Shown piece after piece: positions 20,481-29,493 of a DNA stretch of 64,000 nucleotides. Numbering within the stretch: position 1 is the first letter of the stretch; every line of letters starts with the position of its first letter. The notes under the pieces are model-generated. The model saw nothing but the letters and a program-made list of their open reading frames with translations, ran no database searches and was not told the origin of the DNA. The translations under genes and the position numbers were made by a program. This stretch comes from an uncultured Dehalococcoidia bacterium. Lineage in GTDB: Bacteria; Chloroflexota; Dehalococcoidia; Lucifugimonadales; UBA826. The stretch covers positions 56,064-120,063 of the forward strand of contig CAYPDR010000018.1 of the NCBI GenBank assembly GCA_964409595.1, read 5' to 3'.

Positions 20481-21635
20481 TCATACATTAAATTGTTCTC
20501 CTCTATATTTCAGTACATCGTCGTTTAGAGTACACCCTATTCCTGGAGAATCTTCAAGAATTATCTTGCCGGCTTCAATCCTCTCAAACGGACATACCAA
20601 CTCACATCTCCAATCTACTTCGTCGATTGCGTGCTCTAAAGGCAAGGCACCTCCCGCAGCTGCCGTGACGTGGGCCGACGCTGCCAGCGATATAGGTCCT
20701 GATGGGCTATGGAGAGAGTACGCACCCCCAATCTCGAGGGCTTTCCGCGCCGATTTTACTGCCTCTGCTACCCCACCGCAATATTTTATATCCGGCATAA
20801 TGACATTCAAGGAACCATTTTTCAACAAGGACGAAAAAGAGAGTTCGCCGTAAACAGATTCTCCCCCAGCTACCGGCATTGAAACTTTCTTCAACACTTT
20901 GGATAGTTTCTCAGGTTCATCGTTTGGATCAAGAGGTTCCTCAAACCAGCCTATATTCAATCTATGCAACTCTTCCGACACCAAATAGGCGCTATGTTCT
21001 TCAAATCGGGCATGACAGTCGATCAATATGACTAACTTTTCACCCATAGCTTTCCTGATAGCTTTAATCCTATCAATACCAGGCCGAGCATTCTCCAATA
21101 TTGTTTCTCTGGAGTCATTGGAATGCACCTCGTCAAAGGGAGCACATTTAATCATGTCAAACCCCTGATTAACAGCAGCTTCCGCTGCACGAACAAAATC
21201 TGATGGTTCCCTGCCGGTATTGAACAAACCTCTATTGATATTTCCGTATATAGGCACAGATTCGCTAAATTGACCTTTTAGGTTTTTAGCGAGTGTCTCA
21301 CTGTTTTGTAGTGATTCCAATTGAGAAATTGCGGTCCTTACAGCACTAACCGCCGCAGCCAGTGTCGTCCGTCCATCAATGCATTTTTTGATTCCTAACA
21401 GACCTGTTAGACAATTTTCACCACGGACACTCCGAGATACAATTCTGTCAAAAATATCCTGGATACCTCGCGCAACTTCTAACGATTGTTTTCCCTTGGT
21501 GAATTCGACCACTGTTTCAAAACCATCAATGTCTTTGACAGTGAGAAAATACCACGACGTTTGCGGTGTCGCAGCGACACTGCAAAATCTAAATTCGCTA
21601 AAAGTTACTGGCAATATGAAACTCCTTGTTACCAC
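20481..21635 (-). CDS. Enolase superfamily enzyme (mandelate racemase/muconate lactonizing family)
   Basis: Contains KCAPFDE, LIDCHARFE, WFEEPL and PDIKYCGG, the metal-ligand and barrel motifs. Confidence 0.8.
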   Translation of the reverse strand: MVTRSFILPVTFSEFRFCSVAATPQTSWYFLTVKDIDGFETVVEFTKGKQSLEVARGIQDIFDRIVSRSVRGENCLTGLLGIKKCIDGRTTLAAAVSAVRTAISQLESLQNSETLAKNLKGQFSESVPIYGNINRGLFNTGREPSDFVRAAEAAVNQGFDMIKCAPFDEVHSNDSRETILENARPGIDRIKAIRKAMGEKLVILIDCHARFEEHSAYLVSEELHRLNIGWFEEPLDPNDEPEKLSKVLKKVSMPVAGGESVYGELSFSSLLKNGSLNVIMPDIKYCGGVAEAVKSARKALEIGGAYSLHSPSGPISLAASAHVTAAAGGALPLEHAIDEVDWRCELVCPFERIEAGKIILEDSPGIGCTLNDDVLKYRGEQFNV

Positions 21636-21780
21636 TTCGTCGCGAATAGCCTCAGTTTTACCTACCTGGACGAAAAGTAATCTGCTATAAATCTCATTGT
21701 TCTGGAGGCAGAGGAATGTCAGCTGGAATCAACAACAACAGAAGCGATCACTTCTGAAATACCTTTCTAGAAGAGTCCAT

Positions 21781-22080
21781 CTACATAATGTGCAGTTTCA
21801 TCCTCGCGGAATCTGTAATAACTATTGAATCAATTATTTCGTCTGTCCAACCCGATTGTAGAGCGTTAGAAAAGCCGGGCTCCTCAAACATTTTTGAATA
21901 AAAGGCAGTTGTTGGAAAATAATCTAATTTTGTTCTACCCGCACCCGGGTCTCCTCCAGAAGTCATCCAAACGGCTGGAATACCCTGCTTCTCTGCCTCC
22001 ACAATAGAGTCAACCACGCGTCTTGTAGTTGGGCCTCCTTACAAGCGCCCCTATTGTTCTTGACACGAAAAAAACTCCAT
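21781..22080 (-). pseudogene. Remnant of a luciferase-like (LLM, probably F420/FMN-dependent) oxidoreductase
   Basis: The reverse strand reads MEFFSCQEQ*GRL*GGPTTRRVVDSIVEAEKQGIPAVWMTSGG... joined directly to a C-terminal-like YSKMFEEPGF...IVITDS segment. There are two in-frame stops and most of the TIM barrel is missing. Confidence 0.4.
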
Positions 22081-22328
22081 ACGTCAACGTTACTACTAAA
22101 CTGTCTCCAAGACGCACAATTTGAAGCGAATGTGACCACCTTTACAGCCAGTCCTCATCCGCTAAAGTATAACACCACGACACTTTACTCTCCTTCGCCT
22201 TCCACCACCGAGCACTTTATTTAGACAGACGAAAAACCACAACATATGTAGATATATGCTTTCCTATTTGGAATATATTGTGCAAAATGGTACACTCCCA
22301 CAAAATTCGGATCGTAGGGAGAGCTAAT

Positions 22329-23213
22329 ATGAATGGATTGATAGTCCACGAAACTCCTCCGTCGAATCTTCGTACCATGGTAGTAGCATTTGCCGGATGG
22401 CCAGATGCTGCTGAAGCTGCGACCAGAGCCGTTAGATACATGGTCAGAAAATTGCCAACGAAAAAGATTGTAGAAATAGATCCCGAAAATTATTACGACT
22501 TCACGGTTACGCGCCCGCAAACAAGAATGAACAGGAAACAAGAAAGAATTCTAAAATGGCCGTGTAACGAGTTTTATAGTTACGTGCCCGAGGGCAACCC
22601 AGAAAACGGTGTACTCCTATATGTGGGCACCGAACCAAATCTCAAGTGGAGAACTTTTTCAGAAGCGGTCCTGCAGGTTGCTGACATGGCTGGTGTCGAA
22701 CTGGTGATTTCTCTGGGGGCACTTCTTGATGCCGTCCCACATACAAGGGATGTTCGTATAACAGGACGAGCAAGTAGTAAAGAACTCACTAAAAAAGCCC
22801 AGTGGCTTGGTATAAAAAATTCTGGATATCAAGGTCCTACAGGTATACATTCTGCCTTTGCCGACGCATGTTTAACAAGAGAAATTCCTCATGCAAACAT
22901 CTGGGGCCATTGCCCCCACTACGTGCAAACGTCTCCTAACCCCATTGCTAGTTACGCCCTACTGGAAAGGTTGAAAGTACTCGTAGATATAGACCTAGAC
23001 ATGAGCGAGCTTCAACTGGCAGGGGAAGCCTTCAGAGAAGAAGTTTCCAAGGCAATTGCAGCCCAACCGGATGTTCGATCATACGTTGCGAAATTAGAAA
23101 GTCAGTACGATGAAGCTCGTACTGAAAAAGACGAAATGCCCACCGGAAGTGACATGGTAGATGAGATTGAAGAATTTCTCAGGAGTCAGTCAGGCGGACA
23201 AGAGGCCCCCTAG
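22329..23213 (+). CDS. PAC2 (proteasome assembly chaperone 2-like) family protein
   Basis: VVAFAGWPDAAEAATRA...LYVGTEPNLKW...ISLGALLDAVPHTR...GYQGPTGI is typical of bacterial PAC2. ATG 22329 is preceded by GGGAGAG; the ORF track opens at 22278. Confidence 0.75.
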   Translation: MNGLIVHETPPSNLRTMVVAFAGWPDAAEAATRAVRYMVRKLPTKKIVEIDPENYYDFTVTRPQTRMNRKQERILKWPCNEFYSYVPEGNPENGVLLYVGTEPNLKWRTFSEAVLQVADMAGVELVISLGALLDAVPHTRDVRITGRASSKELTKKAQWLGIKNSGYQGPTGIHSAFADACLTREIPHANIWGHCPHYVQTSPNPIASYALLERLKVLVDIDLDMSELQLAGEAFREEVSKAIAAQPDVRSYVAKLESQYDEARTEKDEMPTGSDMVDEIEEFLRSQSGGQEAP

Positions 23214-23251
23214 ACTCCACACTTATCTCAGGTAACGATTGGAAAACGGCA

Positions 23252-23599
23252 TTGTCAGACCTAATAATCAACCCAGACTACTACAGGGAATTGTTTTCAC
23301 GTTGGACCAAGAACACAGAAATGCTGCCAGACTTTCCGCTGGAAGTAGGCGAGCGTCTGGTCGCGCTTCACTTTGTTATGATGGCTTTCAAAGAAGGCGT
23401 GGATTATAGCGAGGAAGACATTAATGAAGGTATCAGAGATCGGAACCTTTTCTCTATAGACCATGTCCAGATACGCCTGAATTTAATACATCACGGCTTC
23501 CTCAATCAAATTAGAGAAGGTCAGGAAACTTCCTACCGTTCCTCAAAATCGTTTCTAGACCAAGCTAACTGGGACCCTTCCATACCCGGTGCATCTTAA
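23252..23599 (+). CDS. DUF2087-like domain protein
   Basis: 115 aa with a TTG start. The pattern DYSEEDINEGI...DHVQIRLNLIHHGFLNQ...Y resembles DUF2087. Confidence 0.5.
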   Translation: MSDLIINPDYYRELFSRWTKNTEMLPDFPLEVGERLVALHFVMMAFKEGVDYSEEDINEGIRDRNLFSIDHVQIRLNLIHHGFLNQIREGQETSYRSSKSFLDQANWDPSIPGAS

Positions 23600-23616
23600 G
23601 CAAGAGAGACCTGGTA

Positions 23617-24531
23617 ATGACTAATAAAAAGCTTCCAAAAACACACACTGAGTTTCCAAAGAAAAAAATGATCCGCCTGAGATCGTTGTCATTTCACTAC
23701 CGAGATTGGGGTGGTGAAGGACAGTCTTTCATACTTCTTCATGGTCTGGCCTCTAATTGCCGCATATGGGATTTGATTGCTCCCATCTTGTCAAAGGATT
23801 ACGCCGTGATCGCAATAGATCAGCGAGGACATGGTAGGTCAGATAAACCGGACGAAGGCTACGACTTCAAATCTGTGGGAGAAGATCTTGCGCAATTCAT
23901 CAAAGTCATGAAACTAAAACGTCCTATAGTAGTCGGGCACTCATGGGGTGGAAGTGTTGCCATCTCTGCTGCTGTTGCCCATCCGGGTATTATCGGCGGG
24001 CTCTGCCTTGTCGATGGAGGATTAATAGAAATTTCCAGAACACCAGGAAACACTTTGGAACTAGCATTACAACATATGGCACCACCAGTCTGGACAGGTA
24101 TCACGGAAACATCTTTCAGACAACGAATGAAAAACCGCGACTGGGGTGAACGTGATCGGACTTCGCAGGCCGCGTCTCTTAGTGAAATAGTGTTCGCGAA
24201 TCTCGTGGTCTCCAACGACGGACTAGTATCGGCACGTTTGAGCAGAGCTAACCATTTGAAAATTGTCCGGGCATTCTGGGAACATAGACCTAGCACGTTC
24301 TTTCACAAGGTTAAGTGCCCTACATTCTTGCTCCCAGCGCGCGGGAAAAACCACGATAGGCAACGAGACAAAATTCGAGAAGAAATGGTGAGACTGGCTC
24401 AAGGCAACATTCCAACTTGTGAAACCATCTGGCTAGAGAACAGCATTCACGACGTCCCACTTCAGAGGCCTGAACTTGTGGCTCGGTTAATAAAGGAGCA
24501 GGTAAAGAAGGGTTTCTTTAACAGTCCTTAG
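23617..24531 (+). CDS. Alpha/beta hydrolase
   Basis: Contains HGLASNCRIWD, the nucleophile elbow GHSWGG and the C-terminal His region NSIHDVP. Confidence 0.85.
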   Translation: MTNKKLPKTHTEFPKKKMIRLRSLSFHYRDWGGEGQSFILLHGLASNCRIWDLIAPILSKDYAVIAIDQRGHGRSDKPDEGYDFKSVGEDLAQFIKVMKLKRPIVVGHSWGGSVAISAAVAHPGIIGGLCLVDGGLIEISRTPGNTLELALQHMAPPVWTGITETSFRQRMKNRDWGERDRTSQAASLSEIVFANLVVSNDGLVSARLSRANHLKIVRAFWEHRPSTFFHKVKCPTFLLPARGKNHDRQRDKIREEMVRLAQGNIPTCETIWLENSIHDVPLQRPELVARLIKEQVKKGFFNSP

Positions 24532-24542
24532 CTGAAAGCGAT

Positions 24543-24794
24543 TTAAGCAGCTGAAGTTGGATACGCGAGAAAATAATAGGGAACGTTCCATGTACCGAGG
24601 CGACCCATATCAATTACAGCTTTGCGAGCATAAGTTCGTTTGACAATTCCTAAAGCCCCGGTCGTAGGCCCTCCATTAACTGTGCCAAAGTACAAAACTC
24701 TCTGCCCCGGATCCAATCCTCTCGAACCCATCACAGGATAATTAGCCTTCAGATCCCTTATTCCACGAAATGAGAGTTGGATAGTCTTTTCCAT
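24543..24794 (-). CDS. Hypothetical 83-aa protein, candidate SOS (LexA)-regulated gene
   Basis: ATG 24794 is preceded by AAGGAAGGA at a 5-nt spacing. I recognise no family motif. Its promoter carries a LexA-type box (see the next features). Confidence 0.6.
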   Translation of the reverse strand: MEKTIQLSFRGIRDLKANYPVMGSRGLDPGQRVLYFGTVNGGPTTGALGIVKRTYARKAVIDMGRLGTWNVPYYFLAYPTSAA

Positions 24795-24834
24795 ATGAAT
24801 CCTTCCTTAAACCTGGCGACTACATTTATAGAAC

Positions 24835-24863
24835 ATTTTAGAACAGAACAAGTGTTCTGTCAA
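24835..24863 (-). promoter_or_regulatory. Sigma70-type promoter TTGACA-N17-TAAAAT for the 83-aa ORF
   Basis: The minus strand reads TTGACAgaacacttgttctgttcTAAAAT. The -35 element is at 24863..24858 and the -10 element at 24840..24835, about 40 nt upstream of the ATG. Confidence 0.5.
24845..24858. promoter_or_regulatory. Cheo-box-like LexA operator AGAACAAGTGTTCT (GAAC-N4-GTTC)
   Basis: A perfect 14-bp palindromic core lies inside the promoter spacer. Additional direct AGAACA copies start at 24830 and 24840. Confidence 0.5.
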
Positions 24864-24972
24864 ATCGCAAAATACATGTATCTTGAACAGAGGTGCTACA
24901 ATCGTGTCAACTCGTTAACAACTGCAACCCCAGTCTTTAAGAAGCAATTGAAGTATTACTGTGATGGGATAA

Positions 24973-25728
24973 ATGGCAGGCAGACTTACAAATAAAGTGA
25001 TTTTGATTACTGGAGCTGGGCATGGGCAAGGCGAATATGAAGCCAACTTATTTGCCAGCAATGGGGCTAGCGTCGTCCTCGGGGATATAGACCAAGAAGC
25101 ATGTGAACGGGCAGCACAGAACATTGTTAGCAGGGGAGATAAGGCACTTCCTGTCAAATTGGACGTGACATCTGAATCAGAATGGGAAAGTGCTATCAAC
25201 CTTGCGGTTACACATTTCAATAGTCTTCATGTTCTCGTAAACAACGCAGGTGTTTATAGTCGAGTACCAATAGAAAAAACTTCTTCAGACGAATTTAGCA
25301 GAATACTCGATGTGAATCTCAAGGGGATTTTTCTTGGAACGAAACATGCTATACCAGCAATGAGAACATCGGGCGGGGGATCCATTATAAATATATCTTC
25401 GACAGCTGGGCTTGTTGGAAACCTGAGTGGAGGAGCATATGGCGCTTCGAAAGGAGGGGTTAGATCATTCACGAAGTTCACAGCGATACAATGTGCAAAA
25501 TATGGAATTAGGGCTAATTCAGTTCATCCAGGACCCATCGAAACCGATATGATAGCCGATAACATTTCCACTCCGGAAGGACGCGCGGCGTCGGAATCTA
25601 GAATCCCAATGGGTAGAATTGGTAAAATCTACGACGTGGCGATGGGCGTGTTGTTCTTAGCTTCGGACGAATCATCCTACATGACTGGATCAGAGCTAGT
25701 GATCGACGGTGGCTTGACTGCTCAATAA
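24973..25728 (+). CDS. SDR family oxidoreductase
   Basis: Contains TGAGHGQG, NNAG and the catalytic YGASKGG. 251 aa. Confidence 0.9.
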   Translation: MAGRLTNKVILITGAGHGQGEYEANLFASNGASVVLGDIDQEACERAAQNIVSRGDKALPVKLDVTSESEWESAINLAVTHFNSLHVLVNNAGVYSRVPIEKTSSDEFSRILDVNLKGIFLGTKHAIPAMRTSGGGSIINISSTAGLVGNLSGGAYGASKGGVRSFTKFTAIQCAKYGIRANSVHPGPIETDMIADNISTPEGRAASESRIPMGRIGKIYDVAMGVLFLASDESSYMTGSELVIDGGLTAQ

Positions 25729-25745
25729 ATCAGCTGAAGGCACTG

Positions 25746-26453
25746 ATGGATTGCAAACCGTTACCATTCGAAAACAATAGGGGGCCTGTCTTCTAAATTA
25801 CTAGGCAGTAACCCTGACGCATTACTACCTGACTTTGAAGGCACTTTATCTAAGCTTGGGCGCGATCCACGAGACGCCAAAACAGATTACACCTGCTTAG
25901 CGTCACTCACCAAATTATCTAGTTTACTTCCATTAGTTAGTGGGAATCATTTCTGGCAGGAATTCAGAGGATCTCAAAGAACGAGTCGGACTAGACGATC
26001 TGATTTATGTCGGCGATCACAGTGCAGAATATCTATAGAAAGAGACATACTCCGTGGAAAACCGGGAACTCTTGACCATAACTACTCCCACTGCAGATCA
26101 TCAAAGACACTGGAAACGGCTCCTCATGTATGCAAGCTAAATATTTTTGGGTCACGAGATCCTAGAAATTGGGATGTCACAAAGGATTCGATCTCCGTAA
26201 GATTCCAAAGAAAACCCACCTTAAATCCGCTGTTTATATAGGTGATGACACTACGGATATAGATGCGTTCTCAGAGTTAAAGTCAAGCAGGTCTGGAGGA
26301 AATCTAAATGGCTTATCACCGGTGGTGGTTCCACCAAATTCAAATCTGAAAATTGACAAATCGGCGGACATATCCCTTGAAGATCTACCTGGCGTCCGAT
26401 CTTTTCTTTCGTGGCTCACTAAGATCTGTCGAGGGGGCTTTCATCCACATTAG
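25746..26453 (+). pseudogene. otsB: Decayed trehalose-phosphatase-like (OtsB, HAD-IIB) gene
   Basis: HAD motifs are spread over three frames: LLPDFEGTL (from 25831), GIISGRNSEDLKERVGLDDLIYVGDHSAEYL* (25943-26038) and KG...VYIGDDTTDIDAF (ORF 26169-26453). The middle section of the gene is shortened. Confidence 0.6.
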
Positions 26454-26551
26454 CCCTTCCTATAACTTGACATATATTTTTATGCTTTGCTAGCCTGACC
26501 TAAAGTGTATGACCTTTCTAAAAGTTTAAATGTCTCTCTTTCCTTTTATGA

Positions 26552-27940
26552 ATGGAGAACAGGGCTTCTTTATCTACTGTGGATCGTTTAATGTCTTCCT
26601 ATAAATCGATAATATTGGCAGCGGGTAATGGCACCAGAATGAACTCCGCCGTCCCAAAGGTTCTTCATAAAATATGTGGACGTGAAATGCTGAACATGGT
26701 TTTAGATGCTTCAAATTCAGCCAGCATGGAATCTTCCGTAACCGTGGTGCCTTCTAACCACAGTGAATTTGAGTCAGTTGTTGGGAAAAGAACTCAGTTT
26801 GCGGTTCAAGAAATTCCAAAAGGAACTGGACATGCTATCCTCCAGGCGAAACATCTCGCTGATGATGTTGACAATATCATTGTACTGAGTGGCGACGTTC
26901 CTCTTATCCAAGGCACCACAATAACTCACATGACCGAGATTCATGATTCTAGTCAGGCGGCTGTCACACTCCTAACTTCGACTCTTATACCCACTGAAGG
27001 AATGGGTAGGGTGGTCAGGGACAAGTCAAACAATATCCAAGGCATTGTGGAAGAAAAGGAAGCCTCGTCTGATGAATTAAATATTAAAGAAGTTAACTGC
27101 GGAGTCTATTGCTTTCGAGCACCATGGGTGTGGAAAGCTCTTGAATCACTAAAACCTTCGGGAGACGGGGAATTTTATTTAACCGATCTTGTAGCCCTCG
27201 CCTCAATTAATGGCTTGCCAATAGCATCAGTTGAAACAGAAAACTGTCACGAAACCCGAGGCGTTAATAATCGTATACAACTTTCTGAACTTGAGTCAGA
27301 AGTTAGAAGACGTATTCTTAACAAATGTATGATTAACGGAGTTACCATCATAGACCCTATCAATACCTACATAGACCAGCAAGTAGAAATCGGGCAAGAT
27401 ACTGTGATACACCCCAACAGTTTTATAAAGAGCGGAACCCACATAGGGACTACATGTTCAATCGGTCCTGGAACTACTCTCATCAATTCTGTAGTGGGCA
27501 GTAACTGCGAAATAACAGCGTCAATCGTCGAAAAATCGACGCTGTCAGATGGAGTTAGCGTGGGACCTTTTAGCCATATCAGGGAGGGAAGTCTTTTAAC
27601 AAAAGACGTTTATGTCGGAAACTATTGTGAGATCAAGAACAGCCGGATTGGTAGTGGAACAAAATGCGGTCATTTTAGTTACATTGGTGACGCTGATGTA
27701 GGTGATAACGCCAACATAGGAGCCGGAACAATAACATGTAACTATGACGGTGAAAATAAACACCGCACGGTTATTGGCAATAATACTTTTATCGGGTCTA
27801 ACACAATGTTGGTTGCCCCTGTTCAAATAGGAGATAACTCGGTTACGGGCGCTGGCTCAGTCGTAACCAAAAACATCCCCACAAATTCGAGAGCTATAGG
27901 CGCTCCTGCGCGAATATTTCAAGGAGGAGGACGATCATAG
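26552..27940 (+). CDS. glmU: Bifunctional UDP-N-acetylglucosamine pyrophosphorylase / GlcN-1-P acetyltransferase
   Basis: Contains LAAGNGTRMNS..PKVLH and C-terminal left-handed beta-helix hexapeptide repeats. The true start may be the internal ATG at 26591. Confidence 0.9.
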   Translation: MENRASLSTVDRLMSSYKSIILAAGNGTRMNSAVPKVLHKICGREMLNMVLDASNSASMESSVTVVPSNHSEFESVVGKRTQFAVQEIPKGTGHAILQAKHLADDVDNIIVLSGDVPLIQGTTITHMTEIHDSSQAAVTLLTSTLIPTEGMGRVVRDKSNNIQGIVEEKEASSDELNIKEVNCGVYCFRAPWVWKALESLKPSGDGEFYLTDLVALASINGLPIASVETENCHETRGVNNRIQLSELESEVRRRILNKCMINGVTIIDPINTYIDQQVEIGQDTVIHPNSFIKSGTHIGTTCSIGPGTTLINSVVGSNCEITASIVEKSTLSDGVSVGPFSHIREGSLLTKDVYVGNYCEIKNSRIGSGTKCGHFSYIGDADVGDNANIGAGTITCNYDGENKHRTVIGNNTFIGSNTMLVAPVQIGDNSVTGAGSVVTKNIPTNSRAIGAPARIFQGGGRS

Positions 27941-28005
27941 ACCCTGTAATACTGCTAATAGTCTTTGGGATTTTATTTGCCTCTATCGGATTTATACAAT
28001 CCGCG

Positions 28006-29187
28006 TTGGCCTCCATAACTAGGGAAACCGTATTCGTATGGAGAAACGAGAACAGGAGAGGAAGTGAAAAACTAGAAAGCCTATTTCGAAAGGCTGATCA
28101 ATCCGTTTCAGCCTTTTCAATACTGAAAGCCTTAACTCTGTCGGGAACATTGGTTTCAGCATTGGTTACAGCAAATGTCCAGTTCTCTAACGAAGATTAC
28201 TCAGAGTTTACTAACATCCTGATCGTGACCATATGCTCGTTATTGGCCCTTGGAATAATTGAAACCATAACACGCACTTTAGCAAGACCAAACGGACCAA
28301 GTATTGCCGTCTCTTTATACGGATTCGCAGCATTCATAGGCGCGATATTAAGCCCTGTCACTCGATCACAAGAAAGAATTATGGAAATAGGCTCTTCATC
28401 CAGCTCAGAAGAAGACCAAGGAACAACCAGTGGTGCAGGTAGCATAGCCATGCGATTAGATGACGAAGGAGAACCTTTAGAGGAACATGAAGTGCGAATG
28501 ATTCGAGGAGTATTCCAACTGGACAAAACAATCGTTCGCGAAATCATGATCCCTCGAGTAGATATGCAAAGCGCCGAAGTTACTACAAGTTTGGATGATG
28601 TTGCAGACACTATGTTGAAAGCTGGTCATAGCAAGATACCGGTGTATAGAGAAGAATTAGATAACATAGAGGGGATAGCTCATTCTATGGATGTCTTGCG
28701 CTTTCTCTCCGATGCCAGTAGCACCAGAGCCGCGGATCTATCCCGATACTTACGACCTGTCTTGTACGTACCCGAATCAAAGACCCTAGAAGATCTCCTA
28801 ACAGAATTTCAAGAAAAGCGAATGCAAATGGCGATAGTTATCGACGAGTACGGAGGTGTCTCCGGACTGGTCACAGTTGAAGACCTCGTCGAAGAGATCG
28901 TAGGCGAATTACACGATGAATTCGACACTAGTACTAGTGAGCCAAAAGTGAAGAAAATCAACGAGTCAGAATTTCTGATGGACGCTGGTGTTTCAATAGA
29001 TGATTTGACCGAAACACTTCGTATCTCGTTTGAAGGCGATGGCTTTGACACCATCGGAGGATTCGTCCTCCACCAGCTTGGACGAATACCAAGTGCCGGT
29101 GACACGGTTGAATATAACGGAATACGTATAGAGGTGATCTCAAAAGTTGGTAGGAGATTAAAGTCAATTAGAGTCCGAAGAGTTTAG
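28006..29187 (+). CDS. CNNM/DUF21-CBS-CorC_HlyC family protein (hemolysin-like / Mg/Co efflux-type)
   Basis: Contains a CBS pair and the C-terminal CorC_HlyC region (GGFVLHQLGRIPSAGD). The first TM helix and the conserved SALASITR motif continue in frame upstream of TTG 28006, so the real start is probably near 27934-27952. Confidence 0.8.
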   Translation: MASITRETVFVWRNENRRGSEKLESLFRKADQSVSAFSILKALTLSGTLVSALVTANVQFSNEDYSEFTNILIVTICSLLALGIIETITRTLARPNGPSIAVSLYGFAAFIGAILSPVTRSQERIMEIGSSSSSEEDQGTTSGAGSIAMRLDDEGEPLEEHEVRMIRGVFQLDKTIVREIMIPRVDMQSAEVTTSLDDVADTMLKAGHSKIPVYREELDNIEGIAHSMDVLRFLSDASSTRAADLSRYLRPVLYVPESKTLEDLLTEFQEKRMQMAIVIDEYGGVSGLVTVEDLVEEIVGELHDEFDTSTSEPKVKKINESEFLMDAGVSIDDLTETLRISFEGDGFDTIGGFVLHQLGRIPSAGDTVEYNGIRIEVISKVGRRLKSIRVRRV

Positions 29188-29362
29188 GTGTTCGCCAATG
29201 CATTCGCAACTTCAATTTCACGACACGTTCCACATTTAACACACCAGGCATTTCCCCTAATCCAATGACTGTCGCCCGAGACACATGTAAGCCAAAAAAG
29301 TGAGACCCTTTACCTTTAGGCGGTAATAATAGCTGCTCTTAGCCCACATTTACTCGGTTACT

Positions 29363-29388
29363 ATATCGGCTGCAGCCCGATATTTTTG
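29363..29388 (+). terminator. Rho-independent terminator candidate (plus strand)
   Basis: ATATCGG-loop-CCGATAT followed by TTTTT. It lies 175 nt after the CNNM stop. Confidence 0.45.
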
Positions 29389-29411
29389 GATTTTCGAAAA
29401 GACCAGAAAAC

Positions 29412-29446
29412 AAACAAGGTCCCCATCTGTCACGGGAACCTTGTTT
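29412..29446 (-). terminator. Rho-independent terminator candidate for the collagen-like gene
   Basis: The minus strand reads AAACAAGGTTCCC-gtgacagat-GGGGACCTTGTTT followed by GTTTTCT. It lies 48 nt after the stop at 29494. Confidence 0.45.
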
Positions 29447-29493
29447 ATAACGCTACCTTAAACTAAGCAGCCCTAAATAAAAAAGTATGTAGT

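Noticed and set aside
29191-29350. Minus-strand frame encoding ..LTCVSGDSHWIRGNAWCVKCGTCREIEVANALANT*, a CxxCxxC ferredoxin or zinc-finger-like string, in the 3' spacer between the CNNM gene and the collagen-like gene
   Set aside because: That frame has no ATG, GTG or TTG start upstream of the Cys motif. The nearest ATG-initiated frame (MWAKSSYYYRLKVKG..) is out of frame and stops after 29 codons. It may be a relic of a small Cys-rich gene, but I cannot support a functional call without homology searches.
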